From the NCBI GenBank assembly GCA_963792585.1, contig CAWBWI010000001.1, forward strand, positions 864,001 to 928,000: 64,000 nucleotides of DNA, given 5' to 3'. Of the stretch, positions 35,781 through 46,743 are shown in pieces. The translations under genes were made by a program, and so were the position numbers. Position 1 is the stretch's first letter; the number at the start of each line of letters is the position of its first letter. The notes under the pieces were generated by a model that did not search any database, was not told where the DNA came from, and worked only from the letters and a program-made list of their open reading frames with translations. Source of the stretch: Candidatus Eiseniibacteriota bacterium (GTDB lineage Bacteria; Eisenbacteria; RBG-16-71-46; CAIMUX01; VGJL01).

Positions 35781-38180
35781 CTACCGCGCGGTCTTCGCGA
35801 ACGCCTCCGCGTAGCCCTGGATCGCGGCCCACTGAGCCGGACCGTCGAGGCCGGCCTCCGCCAGGACCATCTCCGCCTGGCCGCTGCCCGGGTAGCGTCC
35901 CTTCACGAAAGCGTGCAACGACCGGGCGCGTCCCTCTTCGGAACAGACCCACCGGTAGATCGTCGCCATCGTGAACCCGGTGATCCCCATCGCCTCGCGG
36001 GCGCGGGCTGCCGGGAAGATCGTCTCCTTCTCAGCTTCGGGCAACAGATCGAACAGCTCGGCGCTGGTCACGAGATAGACGTTCATCTTGTAGCCGGCCG
36101 CGTCGAGGCGCGGCAGGACGTAGTCGACGAAGGCGTAGACGATCCCGCTCTCCTGGAGAACGACCGTCCCGTGATACGGCTTTCCGGACGGATCGGCCGT
36201 GCGCAGCGCGTAAATACCCTTCACGGCATCCGTCGCCGGCGGCATCTTCAGCGCGGCCCTATCCGGAACCGTCTCGTTCGGCCGGGTGACGAAGGGCGCC
36301 AGGAGCGCCGGGCGGGCCTTGAGCGCGGCGATCGTGAGCGGCCAGAGTTCCTGCGGCTCCCACGGCGTGAGCGTGATCGCCGTCCCCCTCGGGAAGTTCT
36401 CTTGCAGGAGCTGCAGGGCCTGGGGATCGGCATGCGTCGGTCCGTCCTCCCCTGTCTTCAGCCCCGCGTGCGCGCAGACCATCACGAAGGTCCTCGACGG
36501 ATCGCCCGAGACCTCGTGGCGCGCTTGCTGTCCGATCCCGTGCAGACGGGCGGCGACGTGCTGGAGCGCCGCGATGAAGGCGGCGTAGGAGGAACCGACG
36601 CCCAGGTGCACGCCGTAGGTCGAGAGGCCGGCCAGGAATGCGCCGATGCAGTCCTCGCAGATCCCGCCGCAGGCCACCAGTCGCGAACCGGCATTCGAGC
36701 GCGCATGGAAGAAACCCGCAGGGAACTCCTTGTCGATGTTGGAAACGCTGGTCGAACCGAGCAGGTCGGCTGACGCGGCGAAGACGCCGCCCTTCGTCGC
36801 CCGGTTCACGTACCCCAGAGCGTCGCCGAGCGCGGCGCGCAGGGTGGCGCTCGACCCGGGCTGGAGCTGGAGTTCGGGCGGGATCTGGTCCGCGCGGATC
36901 GCGTCGCTGTAGAGGGGCGCCAGGTCCGGATGGCCGGCGCGCATCTTGCGACCCTGACGCTTCAGGCTCGCCGACCGCTCGGCGATCGCAGCGGCGAGAC
37001 GCTTGCCAAGACCTTCCTTCTCCACCACCTGACGGAAGACAAGGAGCGTCTCCCAGAAGGTCCTCTCGACGTTGTCGGGGGCTTTGTTGCCGTCGAACCG
37101 CGGGAAGGTCACGCCGCAGGCGCTCTCCATCTCCTTGAGGGAGCCGTAGTATTCATCAGAGCAGAACTTGTGGCCCGCCCCGTGCGATGCTCGCCCCTCG
37201 ATTCCATAGCGCCATCCCTTGACCGTGCGGTAGACGATCGCGGTGGGCTGATCGTTCGGATGCCGCCGCGCGAGTTCCACCGCGGCGAGGACCTGGCGGA
37301 TGTCGCTTCCGTCGTCCACCCGGTAGACGTTCCAGTCGTGCAGGTAGCACATCTCGATCGGGTTCCACTGGACGTAGTCGCCCGGCTTCTCGCCGTCCCG
37401 GCAGACGCGGTTCGAGTCGATGCTCGCCTGATTCCAGTCGACGTGGAGGAACGCGTTGAGAAGACCAGCGGTCGCCCCGGTCGCGAGCGCTTCGGAAACG
37501 CGGCCCGGGGTCATCCCGCCCTCGCCCTCGAGGAGGTGGACGTGCGGCGCGTCGTCGGGACCGAAAGCGTCCAGAGCCCCCATCGCCAGGCCGAGCCCCG
37601 CAGGGATCCCCACGCCCGATGCGCCGGTCGCAACTTTCACACCCGGAGTGGTCGGCGTCGGGTGGCCGTCGAGCGCCTTCGCGTGGAACTTCTTGAAGAG
37701 CGCCGTCGTGGTCGTCGGATTGCGGCGGAATCCCAGCAGATCCTCGAGGCGCAATTGCTTGCGCTCATCCTTGGGGAGCAAGTCGGGAGCGCCTGCGCGC
37801 ACGATCTCGTTCCGCAGCGCCCACATCGAGTAGAGGCCCATCGCCTTGTGCCCTGCGGCGTAGACGAGGAGATCGTTCGTCCGCTCGTCGGGATCCGTGA
37901 AATCGTAGTCGAGAAGGGCGAAGAGCAGCGCGCCGACGATCCTGCCCGACGAGATGGAGCCGCCGGGATGACCGGAGGTCGGCACGAAGTTGTACAGAAC
38001 CCCGCACATCGTTCGGTAGAGCAGGTCATAGCGTTCCAGATCGGTGATCAGAGCCTGACTCGGCTCGCGGCCGGGCACGCGCCCCGCATTCAGCTCTTCC
38101 GTCACGGGGACGTAGATCGCCCGTCGCGGACCGAATCCTAGGGTATGCGATTGAAGGCCGCTGGCGGTCGTCGTCATCAT
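35781..38180 (-). CDS. Transketolase-like TPP enzyme (atypical)
   Basis: SGHPGGS, AGHK, LDGHPT, ATGASG, SADL, GICE, TGEDGPTH. Confidence 0.8.
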   Translation of the reverse strand: MMTTTASGLQSHTLGFGPRRAIYVPVTEELNAGRVPGREPSQALITDLERYDLLYRTMCGVLYNFVPTSGHPGGSISSGRIVGALLFALLDYDFTDPDERTNDLLVYAAGHKAMGLYSMWALRNEIVRAGAPDLLPKDERKQLRLEDLLGFRRNPTTTTALFKKFHAKALDGHPTPTTPGVKVATGASGVGIPAGLGLAMGALDAFGPDDAPHVHLLEGEGGMTPGRVSEALATGATAGLLNAFLHVDWNQASIDSNRVCRDGEKPGDYVQWNPIEMCYLHDWNVYRVDDGSDIRQVLAAVELARRHPNDQPTAIVYRTVKGWRYGIEGRASHGAGHKFCSDEYYGSLKEMESACGVTFPRFDGNKAPDNVERTFWETLLVFRQVVEKEGLGKRLAAAIAERSASLKRQGRKMRAGHPDLAPLYSDAIRADQIPPELQLQPGSSATLRAALGDALGYVNRATKGGVFAASADLLGSTSVSNIDKEFPAGFFHARSNAGSRLVACGGICEDCIGAFLAGLSTYGVHLGVGSSYAAFIAALQHVAARLHGIGQQARHEVSGDPSRTFVMVCAHAGLKTGEDGPTHADPQALQLLQENFPRGTAITLTPWEPQELWPLTIAALKARPALLAPFVTRPNETVPDRAALKMPPATDAVKGIYALRTADPSGKPYHGTVVLQESGIVYAFVDYVLPRLDAAGYKMNVYLVTSAELFDLLPEAEKETIFPAARAREAMGITGFTMATIYRWVCSEEGRARSLHAFVKGRYPGSGQAEMVLAEAGLDGPAQWAAIQGYAEAFAKTAR

Positions 38181-38227
38181 CGTCCTCCCTTCCCCAAACA
38201 CGCCTGCGTATGCAGAATCCCTAATGA

Positions 38228-38256
38228 AGATTAGTCGAGCGTGATGGGCGGGGCAA
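38228..38256 (-). promoter_or_regulatory. Sigma70-like promoter for the transketolase-like gene
   Basis: TTGCCC-N17-TAATCT. Confidence 0.4.
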
Positions 38257-38268
38257 GGGAGAACCCCC

Positions 38269-39645
38269 TCACGGGCGCAGGCCCGCCCACCGATTCGCGA
38301 GTTCCTTCGCCTCCTTGACGCAGCTGTTGATGGCCACCCCCCGGTAGGAATTGCCCGTCAGATGCAGACCGGGCGAACGCTCCAGGGACTCGGATATTCG
38401 TTCGAGCCGCCGTCCATGGCCGACGGCGTACTGCGGAATCCCGAGGTGGTGGCGGAAGATCCAGATCCTGCGCGGCGCCGCCTCGATTCCCATGCTCCGC
38501 TTCAGGTCCTCGCGCACGATTGCGAGCAGGTCGGCGTCCTGCAGGCGGACCGCCTCCGGATCCTGCGCGCCACCGATCATCGCGCGCATGAGGACCCACC
38601 CGGTCGGGGCTCTGTAGGAGAAGATGCTCGAATCCCAGAGACACCCCAGCACCCGGAGCCCCTGCCCCCGGGGCGCGAGGAAACCGAATCCATCCGGAGG
38701 TTCCGACGGCATGTCATCCGTCCGGTAGGCGAGCGCCACCACCGCCAATCCGGCGTAGGCGATCCCCTCGAGGTCCGTCGCCAGCCCGCCATCGAGAGGA
38801 CGCAGGAAGCGGGCCGCCGCCCTTGAGGGGGCCGCGACGATCAGGCGCCGCGCCTCGATCCGATCCGCACCAGTGCCGACTTCATATGCGTCCCCGGAAC
38901 GCGTCACGGAAAGGACCGGCCGATCGAGCCGGATGCGTTCGGGACCGATCCGCTCGGCGAGACGGTCGATCAGGCTCTCCATTCCGTCCCGAAACGAGGT
39001 CAGGACGCCTGCCGGCCCCGCAGGGCCTCCGGCGCGCGCCGCGCGTCTTGCCCGCTGGCGACGCGCGATCAAGGCGCGCACGAGGCTTCCGTGCTCGCGC
39101 TCCATCTCGGCCATCTTCGGGAACGTGCTTTCGAGCGAGAGCGTTCGCGAGTCGCCCGCGTACACCCCGGACACCATCGAGTCGACGAGGATCTCGGCGG
39201 CCTCTCGACCGATCCGACGCGACGCGAAGGCGAAGACCGTCTCATCGCCATCGGGCCTTCCGCGCGCGAACGGTTCGCCGAGAACGCGCAGTCGCCCCCG
39301 CACGGTGAGCAGATTCGAGGCAAGGAAGGCGGGAGGTTTGAGCGGAACCTCGCGCAGGCGCCCTGCGCGAAAGATGAAGCGCTTCCCGGCCGCGTCGCCC
39401 GCAGGGGTGACCGCGTCGCGGAGACCGATTCGGTCGATGAGTTCGAGAGTTTCCGGAACGCTGTCGAGGAAGCCGTTCACGCCCCACTCGACCGTGAAGC
39501 CGTCCTCGCGAGTTGTGCGGATGTTCCCCCCGAGCCGCCCCTCGGACTCGAGGACGATCAGCGAGGCGTCGGGCCGCACCCACAGGATCTCGCTCGCGCA
39601 GGAGAGCCCTGCGATCCCACCGCCGATCACGGCCCAGTCGAACAT
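38269..39645 (-). CDS. hemY: Protoporphyrinogen oxidase, HemY-type
   Basis: VIGGGIAGL FAD motif, RLGGNIRT, EWGVNGFL, SGVYAGD, IPQYAVGH, GNSYRGVAINSC. Confidence 0.92.
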   Translation of the reverse strand: MFDWAVIGGGIAGLSCASEILWVRPDASLIVLESEGRLGGNIRTTREDGFTVEWGVNGFLDSVPETLELIDRIGLRDAVTPAGDAAGKRFIFRAGRLREVPLKPPAFLASNLLTVRGRLRVLGEPFARGRPDGDETVFAFASRRIGREAAEILVDSMVSGVYAGDSRTLSLESTFPKMAEMEREHGSLVRALIARRQRARRAARAGGPAGPAGVLTSFRDGMESLIDRLAERIGPERIRLDRPVLSVTRSGDAYEVGTGADRIEARRLIVAAPSRAAARFLRPLDGGLATDLEGIAYAGLAVVALAYRTDDMPSEPPDGFGFLAPRGQGLRVLGCLWDSSIFSYRAPTGWVLMRAMIGGAQDPEAVRLQDADLLAIVREDLKRSMGIEAAPRRIWIFRHHLGIPQYAVGHGRRLERISESLERSPGLHLTGNSYRGVAINSCVKEAKELANRWAGLRP

Positions 39646-40616
39646 CAGCTCCCGCCCTGCAAGAGCGGCTCGACGAGGTCGGCCAGCGTGCTCACGAAAC
39701 GCGCCGAATCGTTGAGCGATCCCACCCGCACGAACCGGCGGATCCCCACCCCGGCGGCGAGATCCCGGAAGAGGATGTCGATCTCGTAGAGGGTCTCGAT
39801 GTGGTCGGACACGAAAGCGATCGGCACCACCACGACGCACGGGTGGCCGGCGAGTCGCTCGATCGTTTCGTCGGTGCCGGGCCCGACCCAGCGCACGGGC
39901 CCCGTGCGGCTCTGGAAGGCAAGGCGGTGTTCGTTCGGAAGGTCGAGGAGGCTCACGACGGCATCGACCGTTTCGCGGATCTGCCCCACGTACGGATCCC
40001 CACGACGCGGCAGCGACTCCGGCACGCCGTGGGCGCTGAAGAGGATCAGCGCCGCGTGGCGATCCGCCTCGCTCAGGGTAGCCAGCGTCTCCTGGATCCG
40101 CTCTACGATCGACGCGAGATAGCCGGGTTCGAGATGGTAGCTGCGGATCGGGACGATCTCGAGCCCGGGAGCGATTCGATCGCGGGCCCGCATCAGCGCA
40201 TCGAGACTCGATCCGGTCGTCGCGACGCACTCGTGCGGGTAGAGAGGCAGGGCGATCGCCCTCGTCTCCGCGGCATCACGCAGAGCGGTGACGACGTCCT
40301 CGGAACCCGGAGACGTATATCGCATGGCAATGGGTACGCGCGTCCCGGCGAATCCCCGCCGTTCGAGTTCCGCCTCCAACCCCGCCGCCTGCACGCGCGT
40401 GATGCGCAGAAGTGGGGATCCTCCGCCGATCTGCGCGTAGTAACCGCGGACCTTCGGGCTCCGGAACGTCGAGATCATCCGCGCGAAGAGGGGTTGCACC
40501 AGGCGTCCTCCCGGCAGCTCGATGATCATCGGATCCGAGAACAGGTTCCGCAGGAACGGGCGAACGTCGTCCAGGGTGGACGGTCCGCCGAGATTCATCA
40601 GGACGACCGCGGCCAT
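39645..40616 (-). CDS. hemH: Ferrochelatase
   Basis: MNLGGP, IGGGSPL, MRY..P, FSAHGVP, FQSRTGP..W, FVSDHIETLYEID. Confidence 0.96.
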   Translation of the reverse strand: MAAVVLMNLGGPSTLDDVRPFLRNLFSDPMIIELPGGRLVQPLFARMISTFRSPKVRGYYAQIGGGSPLLRITRVQAAGLEAELERRGFAGTRVPIAMRYTSPGSEDVVTALRDAAETRAIALPLYPHECVATTGSSLDALMRARDRIAPGLEIVPIRSYHLEPGYLASIVERIQETLATLSEADRHAALILFSAHGVPESLPRRGDPYVGQIRETVDAVVSLLDLPNEHRLAFQSRTGPVRWVGPGTDETIERLAGHPCVVVVPIAFVSDHIETLYEIDILFRDLAAGVGIRRFVRVGSLNDSARFVSTLADLVEPLLQGGS

Positions 40617-40617
40617 C

Positions 40618-42012
40618 CTAGACGGTGCGCGAGAAGGTCGGCTTCCCGTCGGCCTGCTTCGCCCTCAGGTACCGGTCGAAGATCATGCATATGTTTCGCA
40701 CGAAAAGCCGACCCGTCTGGGTGACGCGAATCGCCGTTTCATCGACCTCGACGAAACCGTGGCCGACCGGCCCCTTGAGTTCGCCCAACTCCAATGCGAA
40801 TCGCTCCGCGAACCGGATCCCGAACTTCGCCTCGACCGCCGGAATGTCGAGAACGAAATTGCACATGAGGTTCGAGATCACGTGCCGCCGCAGCTTGTCG
40901 TCGTCGTCGAGGACATAGCCCCGCTCGATGGGCAATCTTCCAGCGTCGAGCGCCTCATAGTAGGTCGACAGCTTCTTGACGTTCTGGGCGAAAGCTCCGC
41001 GCACGTCCCCGATCGAGGAAACGCCGAGCCCGAGCTGATCGGCCGCGGGCATGACGGTATAGCCCATGAAATTCCTCTGAAGACGCCCCTGCGCCTGCGC
41101 AATCGACATCTCGTCCTCGGGCAGCGCGAAATGGTCCATTCCGATCTGGCGGTATCCGGCCTCCAGGAAGGCGGCCATCGCCTGTCCGAACAGCTCGAAC
41201 TTGACCGCCGGGGTCGGCAGGGTCGCCGGATCGGTCTTCTTCTGGTTCCCACGGATCCAGGGAACGAAGGCGAAGCTGTAGACCGCGACCCGGTCCGGAC
41301 GCATGCCGACGATCTGATCGAGGTTCTTCGCGAACATCTCGATCGACTGCATGGGCAGGCCGTAGATCAAGTCCACGTTGATCGAGGCGAACCCCGCCTT
41401 CCTGCAGTACTCGTAGAGCTCGATCGTTTCCTCGAGTCCTTGATTGCGGGCGATCGCCGCCTGCACTTCCGGCGTGAAGTCCTGGATGCCCATGCTGAGC
41501 CGGTTGAAACCGGCCTCGCGCAGGTAGTCGATCTGCTCGTGGCTCGTCACGCGTGGATCGACCTCGATCGCGACCTCGGCCTCCGGGAGGATCCGGAACT
41601 GTGCGCGGATCGCCTCCATCAGCTCCCGCATCTCGGCGACGGTGTGGTAGGTGGGAGTCCCGCCCCCCCAGTGAAGCTGGTTCACCCGGCGACGGTGCGG
41701 AAGCCGCGAGGCGATCAAGTCGATCTCGCGCTCGAGATAGTCGAGGTAGCGCTGCGCCACGCCCGCCTTCTTGTTGATGATCACGTGACAGCCGCAGAAC
41801 GTGCATCGCTCCTGACAGAACGGGAGGTGGACATAGAGCGAGAGCGGCTCGTCGAGGCCGTCGGCCTCCGCGAGCCTCCCTTCATAGGCCCCGCAGTCGA
41901 ACGACTCGTTGAACTCGATCGCCGTTGGGTAGCTCGTATACCGCGGCCCCGGCCGGTCGTACCGGCGCAACAGCTCCGCCGTGACCTTTGCGGTGGGCGT
42001 CTCCCGTGCCAT
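40618..42012 (-). CDS. hemN: Oxygen-independent coproporphyrinogen III oxidase (radical SAM)
   Basis: GPRYTSYP, CQERCTFC, GGGTP, IGMDHFA, RNFMGY. Confidence 0.96.
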   Translation of the reverse strand: MARETPTAKVTAELLRRYDRPGPRYTSYPTAIEFNESFDCGAYEGRLAEADGLDEPLSLYVHLPFCQERCTFCGCHVIINKKAGVAQRYLDYLEREIDLIASRLPHRRRVNQLHWGGGTPTYHTVAEMRELMEAIRAQFRILPEAEVAIEVDPRVTSHEQIDYLREAGFNRLSMGIQDFTPEVQAAIARNQGLEETIELYEYCRKAGFASINVDLIYGLPMQSIEMFAKNLDQIVGMRPDRVAVYSFAFVPWIRGNQKKTDPATLPTPAVKFELFGQAMAAFLEAGYRQIGMDHFALPEDEMSIAQAQGRLQRNFMGYTVMPAADQLGLGVSSIGDVRGAFAQNVKKLSTYYEALDAGRLPIERGYVLDDDDKLRRHVISNLMCNFVLDIPAVEAKFGIRFAERFALELGELKGPVGHGFVEVDETAIRVTQTGRLFVRNICMIFDRYLRAKQADGKPTFSRTV

Positions 42013-42018
42013 CGCTCT

Positions 42019-43047
42019 CTACCCCTTCCGTCCGAAGCGTCGCACGGCATCCACGAACGCCTGCGCGTTCTCGACCGGAGTCTCCGGCAGGATGCCATGG
42101 CCGAGGTTCATCACGTGCCCCTTCGCGCCGCGCGCCTCCTCCAGGATCGCGCGCGTGCGTGCCTCGATCGTCTCGATGCTGCCCAGCAGGCAGCCCGGGT
42201 CGAGATTGCCCTGCACGGCGAAGCGGTCGCCGAGGATCTCCCGAGCCCGCGCAAGAGGAATGCGCCAGTCGACGCCGATCATGTCGGCACCTACATCGGC
42301 AATCCGCGCGAGATGGGTCGAGGCTCCCGGAGCGAAGTAGACGGTCGGCACCCCGGCGGCAGCAACTCTCTCCAGAGTCTCCCGCGCATACGGAAGCGCA
42401 AAGGTCCCGAAGTCCCCCAGCGAGAGAACGCCCGCCCAGGAATCGAAGAGCTGGATTGCCTGCGCGCCGGCCTCGATCTGGCGGCGGAGCGAGTGGACGA
42501 CCGCCTCGGTCAGCTTGCGCAGCAGCCGGTGAACCGTTGCCGGATCGCTGAAGAGCATCGCGCGGATCTCCGCCTGGTTTCGCGAGCCTCCCCCGCAGAC
42601 CGCATAGGTCGCGAGGGTGAAAGGCGCACCCGCGAAGCCGATCAGCGGAACCGTTGCGTCGAGTTCGCGACGCAGCATCGCGACCGCGTCGGCGACGCGA
42701 TCGGTCAGATCGCTCTGGTCTCCTGTGCCGAGTCGGTCGACGTCCGCCGAGGAACGAACCGGGTCGGGGATCTCGGGCGCCGGGTGGAAGAGGACTTCCA
42801 TCCCCATCGCGGCGAGCGGCACGAGGATGTCGGAGAAGAGGATCGCAGCGTCCACGCCCAGGCGCTTGACCGGCTGAAGGGTCACTTCCGTCGCGAGCTC
42901 CGGGACAGTGCACATCTCCCAGAACGTGTGTTTCCGGCGCAGCTCCTGGTACTCCGGCAAGTAGCGTCCCGCCTGTCGCATCATCCAGACCGGAGTTCGC
43001 TCGACCGGCTCGCCGCGGCAGGCGCGAAGGAACAGGTCGTTCTTCAT
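42019..43047 (-). CDS. hemE: Uroporphyrinogen decarboxylase
   Basis: PVWMMRQAGRYLPEY, AAILFSDIL, GFAGAPFTLATY, QGNLDP, NLGHG. Confidence 0.97.
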   Translation of the reverse strand: MKNDLFLRACRGEPVERTPVWMMRQAGRYLPEYQELRRKHTFWEMCTVPELATEVTLQPVKRLGVDAAILFSDILVPLAAMGMEVLFHPAPEIPDPVRSSADVDRLGTGDQSDLTDRVADAVAMLRRELDATVPLIGFAGAPFTLATYAVCGGGSRNQAEIRAMLFSDPATVHRLLRKLTEAVVHSLRRQIEAGAQAIQLFDSWAGVLSLGDFGTFALPYARETLERVAAAGVPTVYFAPGASTHLARIADVGADMIGVDWRIPLARAREILGDRFAVQGNLDPGCLLGSIETIEARTRAILEEARGAKGHVMNLGHGILPETPVENAQAFVDAVRRFGRKG

Positions 43048-44357
43048 CGAGTCTCCCCGAACGCCACGCCCAGCGCCTCCCGGGAAGCCTCCACGATCCC
43101 GTCGATTTCCTCCTCGGTATGGGCCGCGCACAGGAATCCGGCCTCGAACTGCGAGGGGGCGAGGTAGATGCCGCGGTTCAGCATCTCGTGGAAGTAGATG
43201 CCGAATCGCCGTGTGTCCGCGCTCTTGACCTCCTCCCAGTTCGTCAACGGTCCCGTCTTGAAGTAGAGGCAGCCGAGAGACCCGATGCCGATGTAGGTCG
43301 CGGGCGCGCCGAGGTCCCGCAGGTTCTTCTCGACGCCGGCGCGCAGCCGTGCGGCGAGCGCCTCCAGCTTCCCGTAGACGCTTCCATCACGGAGGTGGGC
43401 GAGCATCGCGCGTCCCGCCGCCACCGCGAGCGGGTTGCCCGAAAGCGTGCCTGCCTGATAGACGGGTCCCTCGGGCGCGAGTCTCCGCATGAGATCGCGC
43501 CGGCCGCCGTAGGCGCCGACAGGCAACCCGCCGCCGATCACCTTGCCCAGCGTCGTGAGATCCGGCGTCACTCCGAAGCGCTCTTGGGCCCCACCGTAAG
43601 CCAGTCGGAATCCGGTGATGACCTCATCGAAGATCAGGAGCGATCCCTCGCGGTCGCAGATCGAGCGCAGCCCCTCCAGGAATCCCGGCTCCGGCAGGAC
43701 GCAGCCCATGTTCGCCGCCACTGGCTCGACGATGATCGCCGCGAGCTTGCCCGGATAGGCGGCGAAAGCGGCCGCGACCGCTTCGAGGTCGTTGTACGGG
43801 ACATTCAACGTGTCCCTCGCCGTTCCCGCCGTCACGCCGGGAGAGCTCGGATTACCAAAGGTCGCCGCTCCCGAGCCGGCCTCGATCAGGAAGCTGTCTC
43901 CGTGGCCGTGATAACATCCCGCGAATTTCAGGATGACGTCGCGGCCGGTCGCCCCGCGGGCGAGCCGCACCGCGCTCATCGTCGCCTCCGTCCCCGAGCT
44001 GACGAGGCGCACCGATTCGATCGAAGGCACCGCCGCGACGATCTCCTCGGCCAGCGCGACCTCTCCCTCGGTCGGCGCGCCGAAGCTCGTCCCCTTCTCC
44101 GCCGCCCGAGCGACCGCCTCGAGAATGGCGGGGTGCGCATGCCCCAGGATCAGGGGACCCCACGACCCGACGAGGTCGATGTATTCGCTTCCGTCCACGT
44201 CCCAGATCCTCGATCCCGCGCCGCGGGCGACGAAGACCGGCCCGCCCCCCACGGCGCGGAACGCGCGCACGGGCGAGTTCACGCCGCCCGGGATCACCTC
44301 CGCGGCGCGCGCGAAGAGCGCGCCGCTATGCTCTCGGCCCCCGCTCAGCGCAGCCAC
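43044..44357 (-). CDS. hemL: Glutamate-1-semialdehyde 2,1-aminomutase
   Basis: [49 protein letters not shown]. Confidence 0.97.
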   Translation of the reverse strand: MAALSGGREHSGALFARAAEVIPGGVNSPVRAFRAVGGGPVFVARGAGSRIWDVDGSEYIDLVGSWGPLILGHAHPAILEAVARAAEKGTSFGAPTEGEVALAEEIVAAVPSIESVRLVSSGTEATMSAVRLARGATGRDVILKFAGCYHGHGDSFLIEAGSGAATFGNPSSPGVTAGTARDTLNVPYNDLEAVAAAFAAYPGKLAAIIVEPVAANMGCVLPEPGFLEGLRSICDREGSLLIFDEVITGFRLAYGGAQERFGVTPDLTTLGKVIGGGLPVGAYGGRRDLMRRLAPEGPVYQAGTLSGNPLAVAAGRAMLAHLRDGSVYGKLEALAARLRAGVEKNLRDLGAPATYIGIGSLGCLYFKTGPLTNWEEVKSADTRRFGIYFHEMLNRGIYLAPSQFEAGFLCAAHTEEEIDGIVEASREALGVAFGETR

Positions 44358-45316
44358 CGCGCGGCCTCCTTCGCGTGGTAGGTCAGGATCAGATCGGCTC
44401 CGGCGCGGCGCATCGACGTGAGCGTCTCGAGAACGATCCGCTCTCGATCGATCCACCCACGTTCCGCCGCGGCGCACACCATCGCGTATTCCCCGGAGAC
44501 GTTGTAGGCCGCGATCGGGGCGTCGAACTCCTCGCGCACCGCCCGGATCACGTCGAGGTAGGCGAGCGCCGGCTTGACCATGACGATATCGGCCCCCTCG
44601 TCGAGGTCGAGAGCGACCTCGTGGAGCGCCTCACGCACGTTGGCCGGATCCATCTGATACCCCCGGCGATCCCCAAACTGCGGCGTGGATCCCGCAGCCT
44701 CGCGGAAAGGACCGTAGTACGCCGACGCGTACTTCGCGGCGTAGGAGCAAATCACGGTGTCCGAGCAGTCCGCTTCGTCGAGGGTCTCGCGGATCGCCTC
44801 CACCCTACCGTCCATCATGTCGCTCGGCGCGATCACGTCCGCGCCGGCCCGCGCATAGGCCCCCGCCGCCCGCGCGAGCAGGGGAAGCGTCGCGTCGTTG
44901 TCCACGGTATCGCCACGCAGCACCCCGCAATGCCCATGGTCGGTGTACTCGCAGAGGCAGACGTCCGCCCAGACGGACAGGTCCGGCACCGCCGACTTCA
45001 CCGCGGTGATCGCGCGCGGGATGATGCCGTCGGTCGCATAGGCCTCCGACCCGACCGCGTCCTTCCTGTCGGGGATACCGAAGAGGATCACGCCGGGGAT
45101 CCCGAGCCCGCGCACCTCCTTGCACTCCTCGATCAGAAGATCGACGGAGAGCCGCTCCACCCCGGGCATCGCCTCGATCGGCAGTCGAACGCCCGATCCG
45201 TGGCAAACGAACAAGGGGAGGATCAGATCCTCGGCGTCGAGACGCGTCTCCCTCACCATCCGGCGCATCGTATCCGTGCGTCGCAATCTTCTCGGACGGG
45301 AAACCGGGAAGCTCAT
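44345..45316 (-). CDS. hemB: Porphobilinogen synthase
   Basis: [13 protein letters not shown] zinc site, [26 protein letters not shown]. Confidence 0.97.
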   Translation of the reverse strand: MSFPVSRPRRLRRTDTMRRMVRETRLDAEDLILPLFVCHGSGVRLPIEAMPGVERLSVDLLIEECKEVRGLGIPGVILFGIPDRKDAVGSEAYATDGIIPRAITAVKSAVPDLSVWADVCLCEYTDHGHCGVLRGDTVDNDATLPLLARAAGAYARAGADVIAPSDMMDGRVEAIRETLDEADCSDTVICSYAAKYASAYYGPFREAAGSTPQFGDRRGYQMDPANVREALHEVALDLDEGADIVMVKPALAYLDVIRAVREEFDAPIAAYNVSGEYAMVCAAAERGWIDRERIVLETLTSMRRAGADLILTYHAKEAARWLR

Positions 45317-46743
45317 TGGGCTGCTCCTATCGATGGGACTTCCATCTTGTGGGGGCACGGGGATGGGATGCAGGCGTCGGCCAGCGCACTCATCGACGCT
45401 CCGAATGCCTCGGCGTCGGGAACGATTCCCAAGGCGCGAAGCGCCTTGCTCGTTGTCGGACCCATGGAGACGACGCGAATCTGGCGGGCCCCGTTCCCGA
45501 GGACCTCGATCCCGAAGCGCTCGGCGAACGCGCGGGCCGCCGATGCGCTCGCAAAGGTCACCGCGCAGATCGTGCCCGCGCGAAGCTCCTCGAGGATCTC
45601 GCGGGGCGCACTGGAGACCGCGAGAGTCCGGTATGCGATCCGCTCGTCGACGCGCGCACCCGCCGCCCGCAGCGCATCGGACAACTCCCTGCCGCCCTCT
45701 TCGGCACGCGGCAGCAGAACGCGCTTGCCCTTCAACTCCTCGAGCGCTGCAAGGGCCGCGGCCAAGCCCGTTCCCGTCGACTCCTCCGCGATCAGATCGA
45801 CACGCCCGAAGCATTCGATCGCGCGCCGGGCGGTCCCGGGACCGACCGCGGCCAGCCGCGTCGACATGGGCAAGGGGCCATCCGCGCCCCGCGCCCGCGC
45901 GAAGGCGTCGACCCCCCGAGCGCTCGTGAAGAGGATCCACCGGTAGCGCGAGACTTCCGACGCCGCCTTGCGAAGCGGGGTCGGATCCTTGGGCGGCTCC
46001 GTCCGCACGAGCGGGCAACGAACAGGCACCCCGCCAAGTGCCGCGATGGCACGCGAAAGGCCCCCGTCCGGCTCTTCTTCGCGCGTGACGAGAATCCTCT
46101 GCCCCGCGAGCGGGGCCGCCTCCGGCGATTTCGGGACACTCAGGCTCCGGCTGATGAAATCGAAGAGCGCCTCGGGCTCCGGCCGGCCGCGGGCGGGACC
46201 GTGTCCGTCCTCGATGCAGCGCAGGGCGGCTCCTTCAAGGCATCCGAAGATCAGATCGGTGGCGAACTCGGGCTCGAGAGGACGGAAGGTCCCGTCCTGA
46301 ACCCCCCGTGCCAGAACGTCCCGGAGGAGCTGACGGAGGTCGTTGCGCAGCGCATCGAGTTCCCGCGGCGCCCCGAGCGCCGGGCACGAGCGTTCCTTGC
46401 GCAGGATTCGGAAGAAGTCGGGGTACTTCACGAGGAACATGAGGGAGTGGACGACGATCTTGCGCAAGCGGACCCGGGCCGATTCTTCCTCCTCGAACAG
46501 ATCGTGAAGGGCGGCGAGGAGGCTGTCCATCCGCGCCGTGATGATCGAGAAGTAGAGGTCCTCCTTGGACTGGAAATGATTGTAGAGCGTTCCCTTCGCC
46601 ACGTGTGCGTGGGCCGCGACTTCCTCCATGGTGACCCGGGATAGCTCTCGCCCCGCGAAGAGAGGCGCCGCTGCATCGAGGATCCGGGCCCTCTTGCCCC
46701 TCGTTCGCCCTCCCCTGGCGGGGGGCTGGACGGTCTCGTTCAC
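45313..46743 (-). CDS. hemD: TetR-family regulator fused to uroporphyrinogen-III synthase (TetR-HemD)
   Basis: GTG start overlapping the hemC stop. Residues 1-~200 are TetR (ILDAA..LF...[23 protein letters not shown]). From residue ~212 HemD (ILVTR, FTSARGV, VGPGTA, AYRT, FASASA, MGPTT). Confidence 0.9.
   Translation of the reverse strand: MNETVQPPARGGRTRGKRARILDAAAPLFAGRELSRVTMEEVAAHAHVAKGTLYNHFQSKEDLYFSIITARMDSLLAALHDLFEEEESARVRLRKIVVHSLMFLVKYPDFFRILRKERSCPALGAPRELDALRNDLRQLLRDVLARGVQDGTFRPLEPEFATDLIFGCLEGAALRCIEDGHGPARGRPEPEALFDFISRSLSVPKSPEAAPLAGQRILVTREEEPDGGLSRAIAALGGVPVRCPLVRTEPPKDPTPLRKAASEVSRYRWILFTSARGVDAFARARGADGPLPMSTRLAAVGPGTARRAIECFGRVDLIAEESTGTGLAAALAALEELKGKRVLLPRAEEGGRELSDALRAAGARVDERIAYRTLAVSSAPREILEELRAGTICAVTFASASAARAFAERFGIEVLGNGARQIRVVSMGPTTSKALRALGIVPDAEAFGASMSALADACIPSPCPHKMEVPSIGAAQ

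Noticed and set aside
38221..38234. Palindrome CTAAT-N4-ATTAG over the transketolase -10
   Set aside because: Only 5-bp arms and no candidate regulator; cannot be distinguished from chance.
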